The translations under genes and the position numbers were made by a program. A stretch of 37,220 nucleotides of DNA, from the NCBI GenBank assembly GCA_903881065.1, contig CAIRRW010000046.1:1-37220 (forward strand), in the 5' to 3' direction. The stretch comes from an uncultured Bacteroidota bacterium (GTDB taxonomy: Bacteria; Bacteroidota; Bacteroidia; 2-12-FULL-35-15). Position 1 is the first letter of the stretch; each line of letters begins with the position of its first letter. The notes under the pieces are model-generated. The model saw nothing but the letters and a program-made list of their open reading frames with translations, had not been told where the DNA came from and did no database searches. This document shows positions 34,655-37,220 of this stretch, piece by piece.

Positions 34655-35529
34655 ATTCTTCTGTCCAATCCCCAAAGAAGTTTATTGCGTATTGTATTAT
34701 AGAAATTCTGATTTTCTAATTGGATAAGATGAATACAGAAATCTGCTTTTTGTATTTTAATCTCTATAGAAGAATCAATAACAACACTGCGCGAATCAAG
34801 CGATAATAGATAGTTAGGGCTACGTCCTTCAACTTTTAATTTAATAATGTTGTTATCAGAAATTACTAATGGCCGCACATTAAGATTGTGAGGAGCAATA
34901 GGAGTAATCACAAAATTTTGAGAACCTGGCATTACTAATGGTCCTCCGCAACTTAATGAATACGCTGTGGAACCGGTAGGTGTGGCTATTATTAATCCAT
35001 CAGCAAAATAGGAGTTTAGAAAATTATCATTGATGTAGGTATGAATCGTAATCATAGAAGACGAATCTTTTTTCAATATTGTCAATTCATTCAATCCATA
35101 ATTAACCTCTCCAAATAAGTCTGCCGGATTAGTAACACTCAACAATGTTCTCTTCTCGATGGTGAATTTTTTATTTACTAGAGCTTCAACAGCACTATTT
35201 ATTTCTTCTTTTGCAACGTTTGCCAGAAACCCCAATCGCCCTGTATTAATACCCAATACAGGTATTTCAGAATCACGAACAAATTTCAGAGTTTCTAATA
35301 TGGTACCATCGCCTCCAATACTCAAGAGATAATCAACTTTACCGATTAAATCTAAATGCGAATTAAACGTTTTGATATTTCCTGTTAACTCTAATTTAGT
35401 TTTTATGTATTTATAGAAGGGTTCATAAATCAACAATTCGGCTTTGTAATTATTCAATTTATGAAACAATAATTGAATGTGCTGAGAAATATTATCCGTT
35501 GTATTCCTACCGTAAATCGCTATTTTCAT
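34651..35529 (-). CDS. nadK: NAD kinase
   Basis: The GGDGT motif (SIGGDGTILE), the NTGRLGFL motif and the C-terminal TPTGSTAYSLSCGGP are present. Confidence 0.9.
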   Translation of the reverse strand: MKIAIYGRNTTDNISQHIQLLFHKLNNYKAELLIYEPFYKYIKTKLELTGNIKTFNSHLDLIGKVDYLLSIGGDGTILETLKFVRDSEIPVLGINTGRLGFLANVAKEEINSAVEALVNKKFTIEKRTLLSVTNPADLFGEVNYGLNELTILKKDSSSMITIHTYINDNFLNSYFADGLIIATPTGSTAYSLSCGGPLVMPGSQNFVITPIAPHNLNVRPLVISDNNIIKLKVEGRSPNYLLSLDSRSVVIDSSIEIKIQKADFCIHLIQLENQNFYNTIRNKLLWGLDRRI

Positions 35530-35550
35530 TTATCAGAAAAGTAACAGAAA

Positions 35551-36213
35551 TTATATATTTAAATAATTCATAAAGGAATCGAAACGATTTTTCATATCTG
35601 TATTAAATTCGCTTTGATGAAAGGAAGCTTTGACAGTATAATTATAACGATAAAAAGTTTGAATAATAGCAGACAGGTCTTCTCTATTAATTTTAAGAGT
35701 TACTTCCATTTTGGTGGAATCAGGAATATGATTAACATAACTGCTTAATATTTTACCGTCATTGCTCTCCACAATCTGTGCAATTTGAGCTAATGTATAA
35801 TCATGGTTATTCATTTCTAAAACAATAATACCACCCGGTTCTCTGGTTGCGGCAAGTGTTGCAAACTGCTGTATTAAAACGTTTGCAGGTATAAGGCCGA
35901 TATAATTTAGTTGTTCGTCAAGTACCGGAAGAACCGTTAATTTCATAGTGGAAATCATTTTAATGACTTCATACACATGTTGATTTTCCAACACATAAGG
36001 GCGAATTAGAGATAATTTACATTTACCTAATTCGTCATCTGTAATATCGTAATCTAAAATATCTGTATCAGAAATGAGTCCTAAATACTCATGCTTATTT
36101 ACTATTGGCAAATGAGATACTTTAAATTCATCCATCCAGTTTATCGCCATTAGCCCGGTATCATTGGGTTTAAGAGGCGGTATGTCGTCGGTAATAAGTT
36201 CCTTTGCTAACAT
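35551..36213 (-). CDS. CBS domain-containing protein
   Basis: Two CBS-like units (HLPIVNKHEYLGLISDTDIL and VLPVLDEQLNYIGLIPANVL) followed by an ACT-like tail. Confidence 0.7.
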   Translation of the reverse strand: MLAKELITDDIPPLKPNDTGLMAINWMDEFKVSHLPIVNKHEYLGLISDTDILDYDITDDELGKCKLSLIRPYVLENQHVYEVIKMISTMKLTVLPVLDEQLNYIGLIPANVLIQQFATLAATREPGGIIVLEMNNHDYTLAQIAQIVESNDGKILSSYVNHIPDSTKMEVTLKINREDLSAIIQTFYRYNYTVKASFHQSEFNTDMKNRFDSFMNYLNI

Positions 36214-36277
36214 TTTGTTTTATTATTCAATGACAAACTTACTAATTTTTTAGCTTTACACTTTATTTTAATCAGCT

Positions 36278-36997
36278 ATGGCAACAAAGTTAAGTGTAAA
36301 TATTAATAAAATAGCAACACTTCGTAATTCAAGAGGAGGAAACGTTCCCGACTTATTGAAGTTTGCAATTGATTGTGAACGATATGGAGCACAAGGAATA
36401 ACGGTGCACCCACGTCCGGACGAACGGCATATCCGATATCAGGATGTAATAGATTTGAAGCCATTGCTTACTACTGAATTTAATATCGAAGGTAACCCTA
36501 AAGAAAAGAAATTTGTTGATTTGGTGATGCAAGTTAAACCTGCACAAGTAACATTGGTGCCTGATACGTTAGGACAATTAACTTCCAATCATGGATGGGA
36601 TACAATAACAAATAAAGACTATTTGAAAGAGATAATTGCTCAATTTAAAGAAGCGGGAATTCGTACTTCAACATTTGTAGATGCAGACTTAAAAATGATT
36701 GACGGCGCAAAAGAAACAAATACTGATAGAATAGAATTATATACCGAATCATACGCAAAAGAATATCCGAAAAATAAAGAAGATGCAATACATCCTTTTG
36801 TTGTAGCAGCAAAGCGAGCCTCGGAATTAAATTTAGGGATAAATGCAGGGCATGATTTGAGTTTGGAGAATCTTAATTATTTTAAAAAATGTATTCCTGA
36901 TTTGCTTGAAGTATCAATTGGGCACGCTTTAATATCTGATGCGCTTTATTTTGGAATTGAAAATACGATTCAGCTTTATCTTCGTCAATTAAAATGA
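36278..36997 (+). CDS. pdxJ: pyridoxine 5-prime-phosphate synthase
   Basis: The PdxJ signatures [35 protein letters not shown] and NAGHDL are present. Confidence 0.9.
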   Translation: MATKLSVNINKIATLRNSRGGNVPDLLKFAIDCERYGAQGITVHPRPDERHIRYQDVIDLKPLLTTEFNIEGNPKEKKFVDLVMQVKPAQVTLVPDTLGQLTSNHGWDTITNKDYLKEIIAQFKEAGIRTSTFVDADLKMIDGAKETNTDRIELYTESYAKEYPKNKEDAIHPFVVAAKRASELNLGINAGHDLSLENLNYFKKCIPDLLEVSIGHALISDALYFGIENTIQLYLRQLK

Positions 36998-36998
36998 T

Positions 36999-37220
36999 AT
37001 GAAATTGTTTTCAAGAAAAGTTGGGGATGGCCAGCCGATAATTATACTTCATGGTTTGTTCGGGCAAAGTGATAATTGGAATTCATTGGCGAAACAATTT
37101 GCGGAACAAAGATTTCAGGTATTTATTGTTGATTTGCGCAATCACGGACTATCGCCACATAGTGAAAGCTGGAATTACAAAGTGATGTGTGATGATGTAT
37201 TAGAACTAATTAATGACTAC
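36999..37220 (+). CDS. alpha/beta hydrolase (5-prime partial, runs off the window)
   Basis: The ATG at 36999 gives MKLFSRKVGDGQPIIILHGLFGQSDNWNSLAKQF...VDLRNHGLSPHS, the N-terminal pattern of YbfF-like esterases. The frame is open to the window end. Confidence 0.65.
   Translation, partial: MKLFSRKVGDGQPIIILHGLFGQSDNWNSLAKQFAEQRFQVFIVDLRNHGLSPHSESWNYKVMCDDVLELINDY

Overview
AT-rich chromosomal segment that looks like Bacteroidota, judging by T9SS C-terminal sorting domains, TAnnTTTG promoter boxes and DUF3822/DUF4286-type genes. All family calls come from reading the translated ORFs and the raw sequence by eye; no searches were run. Layout: (1) 1-6.1 kb holds an exbB-exbD-exbD-tonB cluster followed by two tiny membrane paralogs, an orphan PstS-like lipoprotein and a TPR protein. 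(2) 6.2-9.4 kb holds rsmD, a DUF3822-like gene, a MITE-like palindromic insertion and a RecD-like helicase. (3) 9.4-15.5 kb is an accessory patch. It contains a ParE/RelE toxin-antitoxin pair, a T9SS-sorted protein, a 600-bp intergenic region packed with ATGGTC/GACCAT repeats and mutually exclusive stems, an orphan protein, and a 1012-aa TPR + PD40 (TolB-like) protein. The C-terminal half of that protein is an Ala/Lys/Asp-rich helix, part of it encoded by exact-period 120-bp tandem repeats. (4) 15770-25724 is a roughly 9.9-kb integrative island in the 3-prime half of tRNA-Asn(GTT), bounded by a perfect 47-bp direct repeat. It carries a tyrosine integrase, a RadC-like JAB protein, an AAA_24/Sak4-like ATPase, a DUF932/DUF3871-like protein, a decayed HsdR C-terminal fragment, a structured non-coding stretch, an XRE regulator, and a four-gene secreted/lipoprotein/T9SS cargo cassette. 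(5) 25.8-37.2 kb is housekeeping: pfkB-family kinase, hemB, fused hemC-hemD, a four-helix-bundle pseudogene with an in-frame TAA, hemA, a TPR protein, a DUF4286-like gene, rsmA, nadK, a CBS protein, pdxJ and the start of an alpha/beta hydrolase. The most interesting candidates are the tRNA-Asn island with its uncharacterised three-gene module and adjacent structured RNA-like region, the TolB-like/TolA-like repeat protein, and the repeat/alternative-hairpin cluster at 11.16-11.44 kb.
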